The notes below the pieces were generated by a model. That model was not told the DNA's origin, made no database searches, and was given only the letters and a program-made list of their open reading frames with translations. A stretch of DNA of 64,000 bases from Azolla caroliniana (lineage: Eukaryota > Plantae > Polypodiophyta), in assembly GCA_043228905.1 (NCBI GenBank), contig JBHGNT010000012.1:12214001-12278000 (forward strand), given 5' to 3'. Both the position numbers and the translations under genes were made by a program. Shown here in pieces: positions 1 through 12,945 of the stretch. Within the stretch, counting starts at the first letter, position 1; each line of letters begins with the position of its first letter.

Positions 1-499
1 TTGGGGGCTTACATTGGACGTCTGTGTTGGGTGTCGAGCATAAAAGTGTAAGCCACCGAGCAAAAATCGGCTTCATCGATTTCCCATTCTACACCCCTTA
101 CAACTGCTCCCTGAGTGTGATTCCTGTGATGTACCCCTAATCGATTTTTTCCCCTTCGTATGTTGCTATTCTGAACCTTGCCCATTGTTTGGGCATGCGG
201 TAGGAGCGTGGACTAATGCATGTGATTTCTAACAGAAATTTTACCACTTCTTGAAAAAATTCATCATTCCCCCCTTGTGTTTGATAGCTTCTACAAATGG
301 CAAGTATTCCCCGAAATACGATTGCAGAATGTCGTCTTTGAAGGTATCCATTACGTCATACACTTCTCTTTTCAAATTAAGGAATCTTCACACCTGTTTA
401 TTGGTTATTTTGTCAATGTTGATTTCCTTGATGATGCCTTCGATGTGTGGGTAAGGTTCTGCATTTGGTACTCACAGGTACCCTTCTAAGCCTTTCGAC

Positions 500-655
500 T
501 GCAACCATTTCTGTAACTAAGGTCATTGTTATCGGCACTTGACGCAGAAAGCCTAAATGCAACCATTTCAAACACTTGAATCAACATTATGTCAAGTTCG
601 TCTTCGTAACTAAGGTCATTGTTATCGGCGCTTGACAGAGAAAGCCCGAATGTTT
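500..655. repeat. ~92-bp tandem duplication downstream of pol
   Basis: TAACTAAGGTCATTGTTATCGGC-CTTGAC--AGAAAGCC occurs near 515 and near 607. Confidence 0.75.
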
Positions 656-1059
656 GTGTGGTATGTTGTTGTTTGCTACCTGCAATGTTTTGTTCTCTGT
701 GAATGCTCTTTATGAGGATGCTTCACGCTCTATTCGCTTGTAGACTTTTTTGTTTACCTGTAACAGAGAATGTAGCTGAAGGAGTTTTTGTGGAAAAGTG
801 GTCCTTTTTTCGAGACAACACATTACAAATAGAATGTGTTATTATTAGCTCTTTAATGACCACCACTCGTAATGAATACCGAATCATAAGATTGCTTGTC
901 CATTTATAGTCTGAAAGGGACAATGCCAAGAATTAATGATTACAATATTACTTTTTCTCTTATGTGTATTTCTGCCACGATTTTCTTTTTCTTCTTTTTT
1001 ATTTTTTTATTTTTATAGTACTAATATAATAATGTCCTCATCACCAACTTATAGCGTAG

Positions 1060-4000
1060 TCAACAGACTACCTGTGTCAGCGCTTTGTTCAAATGGATTT
1101 GGCAAATTTGGTCCCCGATATGGCTTGAGTCAGAACTCATTGACACATTTCGGCAAGATCTCCCCAGCTAATGTGGCGACTTGATAAGTACCATCTTTGA
1201 TGTCGATGATCCTATATAGGCTGATTCATTGGAATCTTACCTTTCCCGGCATGGAACCTATCTTTGTTTGAAAAACCAATACTGGCTTGCTAACTTTGAA
1301 CAACTTTTCCTTATTGTGTCGGTGTCAGTCGACAAACGCGTTAGTTCACATTTGTTTTTGCTCTAACTGACATATGGCTTACAACCGACTCTCCTCTAGC
1401 AACAACAATTGCTCCTTCCGAATTCGTTCCGATTGCTCCTCATCGAATCGTTCGTTGTGTTGGTCAACAAACGCCTTTGTTTCTACTCTAATTGACACAT
1501 GGCTTGCAACCGACTCTCCTCTAGCAACAACAGTTGCTCCTTTTTAATTTGTTCCGACTACTCCTCATCAAGTCGTTCGGTTACCTGGATGTAGAGTGTC
1601 AGAATTTGAAACTCGATCGGCATTTCTTCCTCTAATCCGAACACCAGTGAGAATGGAGTTGACTTGATCATTGCCTTATACATGGTGCGGTAAGCCCATA
1701 AAGCACCATGGATTTTCTGATCCCATTCGATGCGATTTTCATTGATTATCTTTCGCAGAATCATTTGCAATGTCTTATTTGTTGATTTGGCCAATCCATT
1801 AGCTTGTGGATAGTAAGAAGTACTCCTTTTATGCATAACCACATTATAATTTGACAACTCATGAACAATTTTGTTAACAAAATGAGTACCCTGATCACTT
1901 ACTAACTCGATTGGGAAACTGAATCAGCACCATATGTATTCATAAAGGAATTTTGTTGTCGACACTACTATATTATCACGAAGCACTTTGGCTTCCACCC
2001 ATTTCGTGCAGTAGTCGGTAGCAACTATGATATACCTATTGCCTATTCTTGGTGTTGTAGGTTTGAATGGTCCAACAAAGTCAAGACCCCATTTCTGGAA
2101 CATCTCTAAGCATTGTACCAATTGATGTGGCATGCAATCCCATTCAGTTGGTTGAGCGGTTCATTGGCATAGATCGCATTGTCGATAGTATTTGACAACT
2201 TCCATTGTAGTAGTCGGACACCACAGCCCATTGTTCCAAATTTTTCTGGTTGTCATTTCACTAGCATAATGGCCTCCAGCTATCCCACAATGAGCTTCGC
2301 GCAAGATTTGTTCCTTTTCGAATTGTTGACCGGTGCGTCGCCCTATGCCATCAACTCCTTTATGATACAATGTTTCATTTAGTAAGCAGAAATTTCGTCT
2401 CTAAACTGTCAATCGGTTTCATTCATCTACTGGAAATCTAGTACTAAGAAGTATCAACATTTCCATGATCCACAAATTGACTATTTCTTAGTCCACTTCA
2501 GTCAAAGCGACTATGTCGACTTGGAAGAGGTTGGTGTCCTTCACTCCTATACTCAGCTCTCCCGACTCCAGTCGATTGAGATAATCGGCTATTGAATGCT
2601 AGACTCCTTGTCCATGGATAATGTCAAACTCAAATTCTTGCAGCAGCAGTGTCCATCTTGCCAATTCACCTGTAAATTCCTATTTTGAGACTAAGTACAA
2701 TAATGTCAAATGGTCGACATGAAATGTGAATTTCCATCCCAACAAGTAATGTCAGAATTTGTGGATGCTATGAATCATTCCGAGAGCCTTGCGCTTGGTT
2801 GTCGAATAATTGTGTTCGGTAGTTGATAATTTCCGACTCGCATAGTATACTGGCCTATACCAATTCGGCTCCGACAACTACATTCAAGAAATTCCGATTG
2901 CGACATTGGAGGCGTCTAGAAAGACATGAAAATCCTTTTCCCAATGAGGTGGTTGTACGACTAGTACCTTTGTCAGCATCTTCTTGAGACAGTTGTATGC
3001 ATCTTGCTCGACGGTTGTCCATTGAGAAGGTACTTTGTGTACCACTACATATAGAGGTGTGGCCACATCGGCTAGATACTGAATCATCCGACTGTATGAT
3101 CTTATTTGACCCAAAAATCTACTCAGGGCTTTCGCATTTGTCGGTGGTGGAACCTCCATTATAACTTTTACTTTGGCTGGGTCGATTGCAATACCTTGGC
3201 AACTGACGATATGTTCGAGCAGCATACCACTCGTTACCCTGAATGCACATTTAGCTAGATTCAGTCTAAGTTGAACTTGGTGACACTGGTCTAAGCATAG
3301 TCAGAAATGTTCAAAATGGTTGGCTTTCCTGTTGTAAACTACAAAACCATCCAAGAATACCTTCATAAATGCTAATATATAATCTTCAAAAATTTCTTGA
3401 ATTGACCATTTGAAATGTCGTTGGAGTTGTTATCAAGCCAAACATTATCACAACTGCTATATCATCACTACTGTTTTCAAGTCGGAGTTGTCTTTTCCTT
3501 ATCATCAAGGTGCATCCGAACCTAGTTATACCCACTAAATCCATCCAAAAAATTGTATATTTCATGGCCTGCTACTGCATCAAGAACTCCATTTGAAAAT
3601 GGTAACGAAAATGCATCCGTTACCGTGGCCACATTTAGTTTTTGGTAGTCGACACATACCTTGATTTTCCCGTTCTTTTTGCAGATTATGACTATGGGAT
3701 TTAACCAAGTTGCCTTATTCACTGGTCGAATGAAACCAAGTTTGCCTCTTTTACTTTGACTACATAGTTCGGATTCAACCTATACCGACGTTGTTGAACT
3801 GGCGTCACATCCTTATATAAATTAATTTGATGTTGACAGAGCGCCGGATCGAGCCCTTTCATATCCTCAAATGACCATGCAAACACATCTCTATATTGTA
3901 AGAGAAGATCGGTTAGTTTGGCTTTGTTGGTTGAGTCCATTTCTATTGCGATCATAATTGTCCTTGGTTTGGCATCCTTTCTAGCTAAATTTAATTCCTC

Positions 4001-4722
4001 TAATGTCGACGCCTGCACTTTTTTTGTAGCATACTAAAACTCTTTTAGGTTAAGTTCTAGTTTTATTTCCCATTCTATAGCTTCTTGTTGTAGTTGTAAT
4101 TCCTTCAAGGTTTTATTGTCGACAAGCATTTCCTCCTCCTTTGGATTATCTTCGAAGTATTGTTCTTCTTCTACATCATCCAATCCCTCCATCATGTTAA
4201 CTGCCTCCACATGAACTGGTAAACATTGTGGAGACGTTGTGACCTTCTCTTGTGTAGACACCCGAATCTTGTTCTTGCCTTTACGAATGTTAGAATATTT
4301 TTCTGTCAATTCTGCTTGATATTAGTAGTTTTTAGCGAAGGTTCTGCCCAGTAATAAAGGATATGCATCTAATGCATCTAAATGAAGAACCACTACCAAT
4401 ATCTGAAATGTGTGGCCACCGATGACAATGTCCAAGTGGTCGAACAGTACTCGTGTCGGCCATTTGTAACCAAAAATGACAGGCTTCCCATTGAATAATA
4501 TCGAGCCAATCACATGTAAGCTTATTAATCACATTGACACCAAAACCACCATTGACAATGCTCCATGAGACTTCATGATCACAAATTATTACCCTGAGTG
4601 TTGGACTCTGCTCGTCCATTATTATAATTTACCGACACTTTCTCTACCCCATTTTGCAAAGTAATTGTGGCGACCTTTTCGGTAAATCTCAACACTAATT
4701 TCAATAATCCAGCTAGGGGTAA
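1060..4722 (-). pseudogene. pol: Decayed Ty3/Gypsy non-chromovirus (Athila-like) pol, PR-RT-RNaseH-INT; 3' half of element F
   Basis: Minus-strand fragments: protease (IVNGGFGVNVI...YPLLLGR), RT (WLNPIVII-KKNGKIKVCVDYQKLN...FLDGFSGYN), RNase H (FHVFLDASNVAIG), integrase ([32 protein letters not shown]). Many stops and frameshifts. No chromodomain or extra archaeal RNase H seen. Confidence 0.92.
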
Positions 4723-5087
4723 TGTTAGAGCTTAGCTACTAATGTAAGCATATGATAAGGATAAAAGATAGATTAATAAGATAGGAGAGAGAGAAAGAAG
4801 GGTGCCGATCCACCCGACCACTCCCTAGAGAAGAGATCGAGACATACTCAAACCTCGATCAATGTCCCACACCACCAATGTGGCATCGAGTTGTACCTAG
4901 TACTAGTGTACTCGCTACACGAGTTGACCCAACACAATGTCAAAGAATGATAAATAGATAGATAGAAAGGAGAGAGAGACAAAGAAGGGTGTCGATCCAG
5001 CCAGCCATCCCTGAGCGAAGGGATCGAGACGGACTCAAGCCTCGATCGGCGTCCCATACCACTGTCGTGGCATTGAGTCGAACCTAG
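4723..5087 (-). repeat. 3' part of a chromovirus LTR (two tandem partial copies), ending ...CTCTAACA and followed by TSD TTACC
   Basis: Reverse complement matches the 3' half of the LTR at 49655-50110. The segment ~4770-4930 is repeated at ~4950-5087. Confidence 0.85.
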
Positions 5088-7135
5088 AAAATTTGTCATT
5101 ATTTTCTTGGATGATATTATAGTTTATAGCCGTACATTACAAGAACATGCTACACATGTCCGCTTTGTTTTACAAACATTGCGTGACAAACAGTTTTATG
5201 CGAAAATCTCAAAATGTGAGTTCTTCAAGAAATCAATTACTTATCTTGGACATCTCATAACCGAACGAGGAGTTGAAATTGATCCTTCTCGCATTGAGAA
5301 AATCAAGCTTTGGCCCACTCTTCGGAATATTCGAGAAGTTCAATCATTCCTTGGTTTTGTCGGGTTTTAGCGAAAATACCCTTCGTAACTACTCCCAATT
5401 GACGACATTGTTTACTAATCTTCTAAAAGGTCAAACACGTAACTCTACAGAACCTATTGTCTGGAATGCTACACTAGACCTCGCCTTTAAGGAACTCAAG
5501 GACTTGGTGTGCAAGGTTCCTTCACTTCTTTTACCCGATCCTTCAAAACCTTTTAAGGTTGAAACCAATGCAAGCGATTATGCTATAGGTGTTGTCTTAT
5601 ATCAAGATGGTAAACCAATAGCATTCAACAGCAAGAAACTTGATTTTGCTCAATGTCGGTATACCATTCAAGAAAATGAATTATTTGCAGTTATACATGC
5701 GCTCAAAACTTGGCGCCATTATCTTTATGGAAATTGTTTTGTGATAACTACGGACCACGAGTCCTTGAAATATTTTTGTGACCAACAAGACCTGAAAGGT
5801 CGTAAGGCACGATGGGTTGATCTCATCTAGGACATTGATTTTTCCATACGATATCGTAAATGTTCCATGAACATTTTCACTGATGCACTAAGTCGCATCC
5901 GTGAAGTTAACATGCTAAGCTTCACAGAAATAACATCATATCTCGTACTCTCGTTCTCATCTCCACTCAATTTTATTGCCCTAAGATGCGTTCTAACATA
6001 CATAGCTATGTGATTAAATGTCACTAATGTCAGGTAAAAAAGCCGAGTGACTTAAAGGCACAAGACTTTTACATCCCTTGGACATTCCCAATAATAAGTG
6101 GGAAAGTATATCCACGGATTTTATTGTTAGCCTTCCTCGCACCCAAAAAGGTCATGATGTCATCTGGGTTGTGGTTGACAGACTAACTAAAATGGCTAGA
6201 TTTATTGCTACCAATTCACTAATGATTAATGTCGTTTTTATGGGTTGCCGATGGATATTGTGAGTGATCGAGATCCAAAGTTTACTAGTGACTTCTGGAC
6301 GCAACTCTTTAAGAAGTTCGAAACTACATTGAGCATGAGCTCCACGGATCATCATCAATTCGATTGACAGACAGAACGAGTAAATCAAATTATTGAGGAC
6401 ATGCTTCGAGCATACATTGGTACAAAACCAAGAAAATGGTTATCTCCCAATTTTGGAGTTTGCTTATAACAGCTCCAAGTTTACATCGACGGGATATAGT
6501 CCTTTTATGTTGATGTATGGTTTTTTGCCACAAGCCCCGATTGATGTTAATATACATCATGATAAGTTGCGAAGTACGCAAAAATTTCTTCGGGATATGC
6601 AAGATATGTTGCATATTGCATGAGATAATATAAAAATAGCTCAACATAGAGCGCGTTTTTACGCCGATCATCATAGGCAACCTCGTGTATTCAACCCTAG
6701 ACAAAAGGTATTTTTACGTGTACCTCACAATTCTAAGACATTGTCTAAGGGTAAGTGTGCTAAGTTAGCCCCACGGTTTTGTGGATCTTTTACAGTCCTC
6801 AAACGCATTGGGTCATCAACCTATCATCTCGCTCTTCCCGATGGTGTTGAAATTCATCCAGTTTCGCATGTGAGTCATCTAAAAGAACTTCTAGGTTCTG
6901 GGACAATATACTTACAATTGTAACTCTGGTTACTTGTAATGAATTATCTTCTAAACTACATGTACCAGAAAGAATTCTCGATGTTAAAACAAAAAAATTA
7001 CGTACTAAAGTAATTCGAGAATTTAAAATAAAATGGATGGATAAAGCAATAAAAGATGCCACATGGGAATGCGAAAATACTCTCAGAACTAACTTCCCTA
7101 ACTTTCCATTGCAAGAGTGCAATGTTTTAAAGAGG
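5088..7135 (+). pseudogene. pol: Decayed chromovirus pol: RT C-terminus, RNase H, integrase, chromodomain
   Basis: FLDDIIVYS, ETNASDYAIG, WRHYLYG, WESISTDFIVSLP, KLAPRFCGSF, and chromodomain-like PERILDVK...KIKWMDK...ATWE. Confidence 0.92.
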
Positions 7136-7142
7136 GGGAGTA

Positions 7143-7585
7143 TGTTATGGGCATGACCATATAATATCCCATGGTGAGAATTTACCGTAGTATTCTATAC
7201 ATGTGGATAAGTGTGAGGGTTAAACGAGAGTGTGAAGAAGGCGAGGATTACTTTTAATCCTCGGGATTGAGATAACCCATTAGGCCAAGTGTGAACTTTC
7301 CTGGGGGCCTTGGGTATCGCTATAAATAAGAGGCCTAGCTACCCTCATTTCATCATCTTTTGACTAACGCAAGACTCTGTTTCGTGGTGGTTCAACTCTT
7401 GTAGCGAGCGCGCTAGCACCAGGTTCAACTCGACGCCATGGCGGTAGTATGGGACGCCGATCGAGGCTCGAGTTCGTCTCAATCCTTTCGCTCGGGGGTG
7501 GTTGGGTGGATCGGCACCCTTCTCTCTCTCTCTCCCTTCTATCTATCTATCATCATTCTTTTCTCCTTATCATACACTTAGATTA
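7143..7585 (+). repeat. Chromovirus 3' LTR (3'-truncated), preceded by a PPT
   Basis: AAAGAGGGGGAG-TA precedes TGTTATGGGCATGACC. Same LTR family as 49655-50110, 42190-42763 and 36044-36135. Confidence 0.88.
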
Positions 7586-7618
7586 GATCATATCTCGAAT
7601 AGAAAGGCACTACACATT

Positions 7619-9930
7619 TGGTGAACCTGACGTGAAACTAGGTGGCAAGGAGAAGCAAAATCAACAAGAAGCGATGACCATGATGATCAACCGCATACTT
7701 CAAGAACTACAAGAACAATGTGTGATGTCGAAGACCAAATCGGCAGTAGAGCGGCTTGTGCTAAGAAACAAGCAATTCAACGGAAAGGATGTGTCACACT
7801 ATCTATGTGACTACAATGCAGCCATGATGCAATGTTGGATACCGGAAGGATTGCAAGTGATATCCTTCAATCGGGTGGCCATAGATGAGCTACAAGAGAG
7901 AGTCCAGAAGATATGGCAACAAACCCCGAAATGGGGGTCCTTTGAAGAAGCTTTACAAGAGGCATATGACTATGAGAGACCGAAGGGATGAGATTGACAC
8001 GAGTTTGACCAGTGGGTGGCATCGGCGAAGATCCACCAAAGCGCGACACAAACATTCCTAGAGTTAGAGCATCATTTTGCTCAACTCTCGGAGCTGGAAT
8101 GACGATTGGTGGGGGTGGATAAAGTCCTAATGTTCGTAAGATCGATCGATCGGAAAGAAAGGATGGACATCGGGATCCAACTTGAAGACGATTATGGTGC
8201 AAATGGTCTCACGGAGGATTGGGCCAAAGTCAAAAGTGCCAAAGACATCATAAGAGGAAAATGAGAATCTCGTTAGCAACAACGTGGTCCATGCGGGATG
8301 GTCGATTAAGGATGAATGATGTGGCTGATATGAAGACCGAAGTACAATACGAAGGTACCACGGTAGAGGGTGTGGAACAAGCTACCCTCTTGTCTTGCGA
8401 AAGAATGATGGCCAAGGATGAGACCGATGACTTGAGAGTGGAGAACACCACTTCAAGGGTGGAAGAAGGTTTCGGGACATGAGTGTCCAAAACATCGAGT
8501 GAAAAAGGGGAAGCATAATCGAAGATTCCATAATCAACGAGGGCCGAAAAGAGTGTGAAGCCTATGGAGTTGAAGAGATAGTCGCGGATAACGACATTGA
8601 GGTGAAAGTGGCTCAGGATTATTCAATGGAGGACTGTAATACCAAGGATTACTTCCCACTAATTCAAGAGACTTCAACAGTTCCATCTGAGAACCAACGT
8701 GAGACGGAAGAGGCGGAAGGTGGCGGAGAGGAAATGAAGGTTGAAACCGATGCATATGACGGAGAGATAGTCGAGAAAGTGGCTATGGAAGAGTCAATGG
8801 TAGATGTCCATATCAAGAGTTTCCCACCACTAATTCCAGAGACTCTAGCGGTTGTGTTTGAAAGGCAACGTGAGACCAAAGAGACGGAAGGTGGCGGAGA
8901 GAAACCGAAGGTCAAAGCCAATGCATACGATGGAGAGATAATCGAGAAGGTGACTATGGGCGAAACGACAGAGGACGGTTATATTGAGGATTCCTGCCCA
9001 TTTATTCTAGAGACTTCGGCGATTGTGTCTGAGAACCAACGTGAGACTGTAGAGACAAGAGGTGGCAACAAGGAATGTAAAGCTGGAAGTGGGTTCGGAC
9101 GAAACATGATATGGTCGGATTCCGGCCTAAACGAAAGTCATACCAAGCGGAAGTGGATTCGACCGAAATCTAATTTGTGAAGCCCGACTCGGACAGAAAT
9201 CATTCTAGTTGGAAGCCGATCGGACGAGACTCATCTAGAAAGAAGCTAATCTGGCTCAGCTGGAGGTCAAACCAGTTGAGGCTGATGAACACGAGGAAAA
9301 GGAACCCAACCCAAACCAAAACCGATTGGTTGAACCTGACCCAGAAGGGGGCTGACTCGGTTGAAACCGATCAACTGAGTTCGATTTGGCCGAATGCGAA
9401 TACGGATGGAAGCCGACCTAGCTGAAAGCCGATGAGACGAGATTGATATGGAAAGAAGCTAATTTGACTCAACCAGAGGTTGAAGAAATCGAGGCCGGTG
9501 AAAACGAGAAAGACGCCAAGAAGGCACACTACCATGGACGACAACGGCCGAGCAGATTTGAAGGGTGTTACCGAGGATGAGATCTCAACAAAGAAGGAGG
9601 GCTCTAACACGAAGATTGCCAACTCTAACGCGAGATTTTACGATGAAGTTGGACGAAGTGCGGAGTGTCTTGACCAAGGAGACAGTTGGAACAAAGGTGG
9701 CACATGAACGAGACATGAAGGGTTAAGCTCAGAAAGAGCACAACGAGAAATGAGAACCGGTTATGGCAATTCAAAGAGTGAACGAAGAATATGGTGGATC
9801 GGATGACGACAATGGTTCGGGTGGAAAAAATGGATGTGCTCAAAATGGAGAGACAAAGTCAACATAGCGAGAGAAACTAAGGATGCTAGGATGAAGGAGA
9901 GTAACAAGCATTGGCAACTTTGGCACACAT
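7619..9930 (+). mobile_element. Fragment of a tRNA-Trp-primed Ty3 element (PBS, decayed gag, acidic repeat region; no pol)
   Basis: PBS TGGTGAACCTGACGTGAA at 7619-7636. Gag AVERLVLRNKQFNGKDVSHYL is homologous to AVDRVVELESQFDGRNVTKFL at 55418. Confidence 0.75.
8640..9070 (+). repeat. ~171-bp (57-codon) tandem repeat, ~2.5 copies, encoding an acidic peptide
   Basis: PLIQETS...NQRETEEAEGGGEE / PLIPETL...RQRETKETEGGGEK / PFILETS...NQRETVETRGG within ORF 8602-9180. Confidence 0.8.
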
Positions 9931-9934
9931 CGGA

Positions 9935-10961
9935 GGATGTGCGTACGAAATGTCATTTTAGGAACATCTTCCTCACTTATACGAATTTGATGGTAGCCCG
10001 TACGGAAATCAAGTTTCGTAAAATATCGAGCTCCCTGGAGATGGTAAATTAGATCGTCAGCGTGGGCAATGGATATGAATTCTTGATCGTTACTTTATTC
10101 AAGTGTCGGTAATTAATACATATACACCATGTGCCCTCTTTCCTTTTTACCAAGAGAACATGTGTAGACCATGGTGAGTTACTATAACGTATATAACCCA
10201 TTCGTAAATAGTCCTTGAGTTGCGTAGATACCTCATCCTCTTCGGATTAACTTAAGAGATAAGAAGGTATACTTATTAGTGCAACACCAGGTACAATATC
10301 TATACGATGGTCTATATTACGTTTAGGTGGTAACCCATCTGGTAGTTCACTCGGAAAAACATCACCAAAATCATTTAAGATTTCATTGAGTTGTTCAAAA
10401 CATGATAATTGACCCAAGACATTATCAATATTATAAACCTGAATTTTCGGATCAAGTACAGAATAAAAAAAAGAAGAAAAAGACAACTCGGATATTGATG
10501 GAGGGGAAAAAACCGAAAGAGATTGTTTATTTACACATTAAATAAAATGAGTACAATCGTTCAGCACAAAGGAAATGGAATGGCGAACCCAATCAATAGA
10601 CAATGAAGAGTTTTTATTATAAAACCAGGGGTAATCCAGTATTACATCAGTGGTACAAAGATTCATTACATGGAAGCGACTTCCTCGATATAAGTATCAA
10701 TAGAAATTCCTAATGAATGAATCACCCCATTGATGTATTGTACTCTTCCATCAACCAAGTGCACCCTATAGGTGTGATCACTTACGGTGGGTTGGATTCC
10801 CCATATCTAAACCAAACGATCATTCACAAAATTGTGTCAGCATCCTGAATCAAATAAAAATTGTACGGGAGATACATTTATATACCCGTTTGCAAATAGT
10901 AAATCAATGGGTCCCAATACATAGTGAGGGAAAGAACATTTACAATTACTTAAATGAAGTG
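9935..10961 (-). pseudogene. pol: Chromovirus protease and RT N-terminus (continuation of the gag at 52486-53453)
   Basis: Minus strand reads [37 protein letters not shown] and YFTKLDFRTGYHQIRI. It begins with TSD CACTT at 10957-10961. Confidence 0.88.
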
Positions 10962-11385
10962 TGTTAAGAATCAATGTGATTCTTGTGTAGCGGAAGAGAT
11001 GTGTGTTATGTGTATGTGCGAAAGAGGAGAGGAGAGAAACACAAGATGGATAAGAGACAAACTGAAGTACTCAAGAAGGAGATGTATATTAACAAGGAGA
11101 ATATGATAAATGAAAATGTAGCATTACAAGGAGTCACAACCGACTTTTTATATAGAGTCACCCTCTCTCGTCATTAACTTACAACAACCACTCTCTCTCT
11201 TGGGGAATGTGAAGACTCATAGTCATGGAGAATATGTAACTCATTAGTTATGTGTCATAGAATATGATTCTATGATGCATAGTTAATGTGTAGAGATTAG
11301 TGATGTGACTCTTGACCTTTGAGTAATCATGGATTCTCAAAAGGTTTGTTCACACGTTGCATTATGTTGAGCTTGATTCTCAACA
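10962..11385 (-). repeat. Copia 3' LTR (partner of the 5' LTR at 53454-53903)
   Basis: Reverse complement TGTTGAGAATCAAGCTCAACA...GATTCTTAACA is highly similar to 53454-53903. Confidence 0.92.
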
Positions 11386-11389
11386 CGCC

Positions 11390-11792
11390 TGTAAAAAGTA
11401 GCGTGCGGAAGCAAGTATAAAAAACGAACAGAAGGAAGAAAACTCAGGTTTAATGGAGAGCTTGAGCTTACGCAGTATACTCGGGAGAGACAGAGAGAGT
11501 GAGAGAGAGAAAACACAAGAACTATATTCAACAAAAGATCTCGATTCACTACTCTATACATATGTGTGTTCCATGAACACTTTTATACAAGTCCTAGAAG
11601 GACTGATCGAAGTACTGACAGTACTTCAATGCTCATTAAGAGCTCCTACACTAACTCCCAAATATATTCCTCACGGAATATCTTTCCTAACGGCCTCTCG
11701 GTTTACGCACTCGGCCTAACCGATCGGTCCCAACTGATCCGGTCCTCGGCTTCTTCAGCCGATCCGGCCGATGTTGAGCTTGTCTCTCAACA
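11390..11792 (-). mobile_element. Solo LTR inserted at the PPT/3' LTR junction of the Copia element
   Basis: TG...CA ends; flanking 5-bp repeat ACGCC at 11385-11389 and 11793-11797. The host PPT (GAGGGGGCG, minus strand) lies immediately outside. Confidence 0.78.
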
Positions 11793-11929
11793 ACGCCCCC
11801 TCAAGCTCAACTTGGGACGGTTCTTTTTTATTGATGTCTATTTCGGCTGGGATCTGGTTTGGACGATCTCCAGTGTCTGCTTCGGTTCGTACCAAGTTCA
11901 GACGGTATCTGGTTCTCGCTTGTACTCCT

Positions 11930-12945
11930 CCTTAAGCTTGGCAAGTCAGGGATTGTCAATCCAAGGTCTGACATGAATTACCGAAGCTTGTCGGCTCCTA
12001 AGGCTTTGGTGAAGATGTCGGTCGTCTAAAGATTCGTGTTGATGTGTTGAAGGTCGACATCTTCGGCCTGTATGCACTCTTGAATGAAGTGGTAGTGCAC
12101 TTCAATATGCTTTGTGTGTGCTTGGAACACCAGGTTCCGAGCCAAATATATACTGTTCATGTTGTCGCAGTAAATGGGAGTCGGATCCTTGATGGGGACA
12201 CCCAGATCCTTCAAAATCTTCTTGAGCCATACGGCTTCACATGCAGCTACGGTTGCAACCCTGTATTCGGCCTCCGTACTCGAAAGTGCGATGGTAGGCT
12301 GCTTCTTACTACTCCAAGATATTGGTCTGCTACTGAGCGAGAAGACAAATCCAGAGGTTGATCGTCGATCGGCTTTGTAGCCTGCCCAGTCCGCGTTTGT
12401 GTACCCTTCGAGTTGTATTGGTGTGGCCGATGCGTAGAGAACGGCGTAATCCATTGTGCCGCTTACGTATCGTAATACTCGCTTAGTGTAATCGAAATGG
12501 ATATCTTGCAGAGTTTGCATGAATTGGCTAAGGAGTTCGACTGGATAACTAAGGTCGGGTCGAATGATCGTGAGATAGATGAAGCTCCCGATTAGTTGAC
12601 GATATTGGGTCAGCTTGCACTCGTCTGTGTCGGAGTCATCATCTAGTTTGAGGTTTTGATCGAGAAGCGTAGCGACTGATTTGCACTCCGTCATCCCGAA
12701 CTTGTATAACAAGTTGACGATGTAGTGCCGTTGAGAGATCATCATGCCGGTCGAAATCCGAATTACTTTGATGCCAAGGAAGTAATGGAGCTTCTTCATG
12801 TCCATCATCTTGAATTTTCTGGAGAGGAGGGACTTGACCTTGTTGATGTTGACTAGACTTTCACCTCCAATGACAAGATCATCCACGTATAGGATGATAA
12901 CAATTAAGCTTCTAGAGTCGTGTCGGACGTAGAGGGAGTTGTCAG
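11930..12945 (-). pseudogene. pol: Ty1/Copia RT and RNase H (3' half of Copia C), truncated at ~12946
   Basis: ORF 12026-12991: LYVDDLVI, RPDLSY, ADWAG...DRRSTSG, SWSSKKQ, TKHIEVHYHF. Confidence 0.93.
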
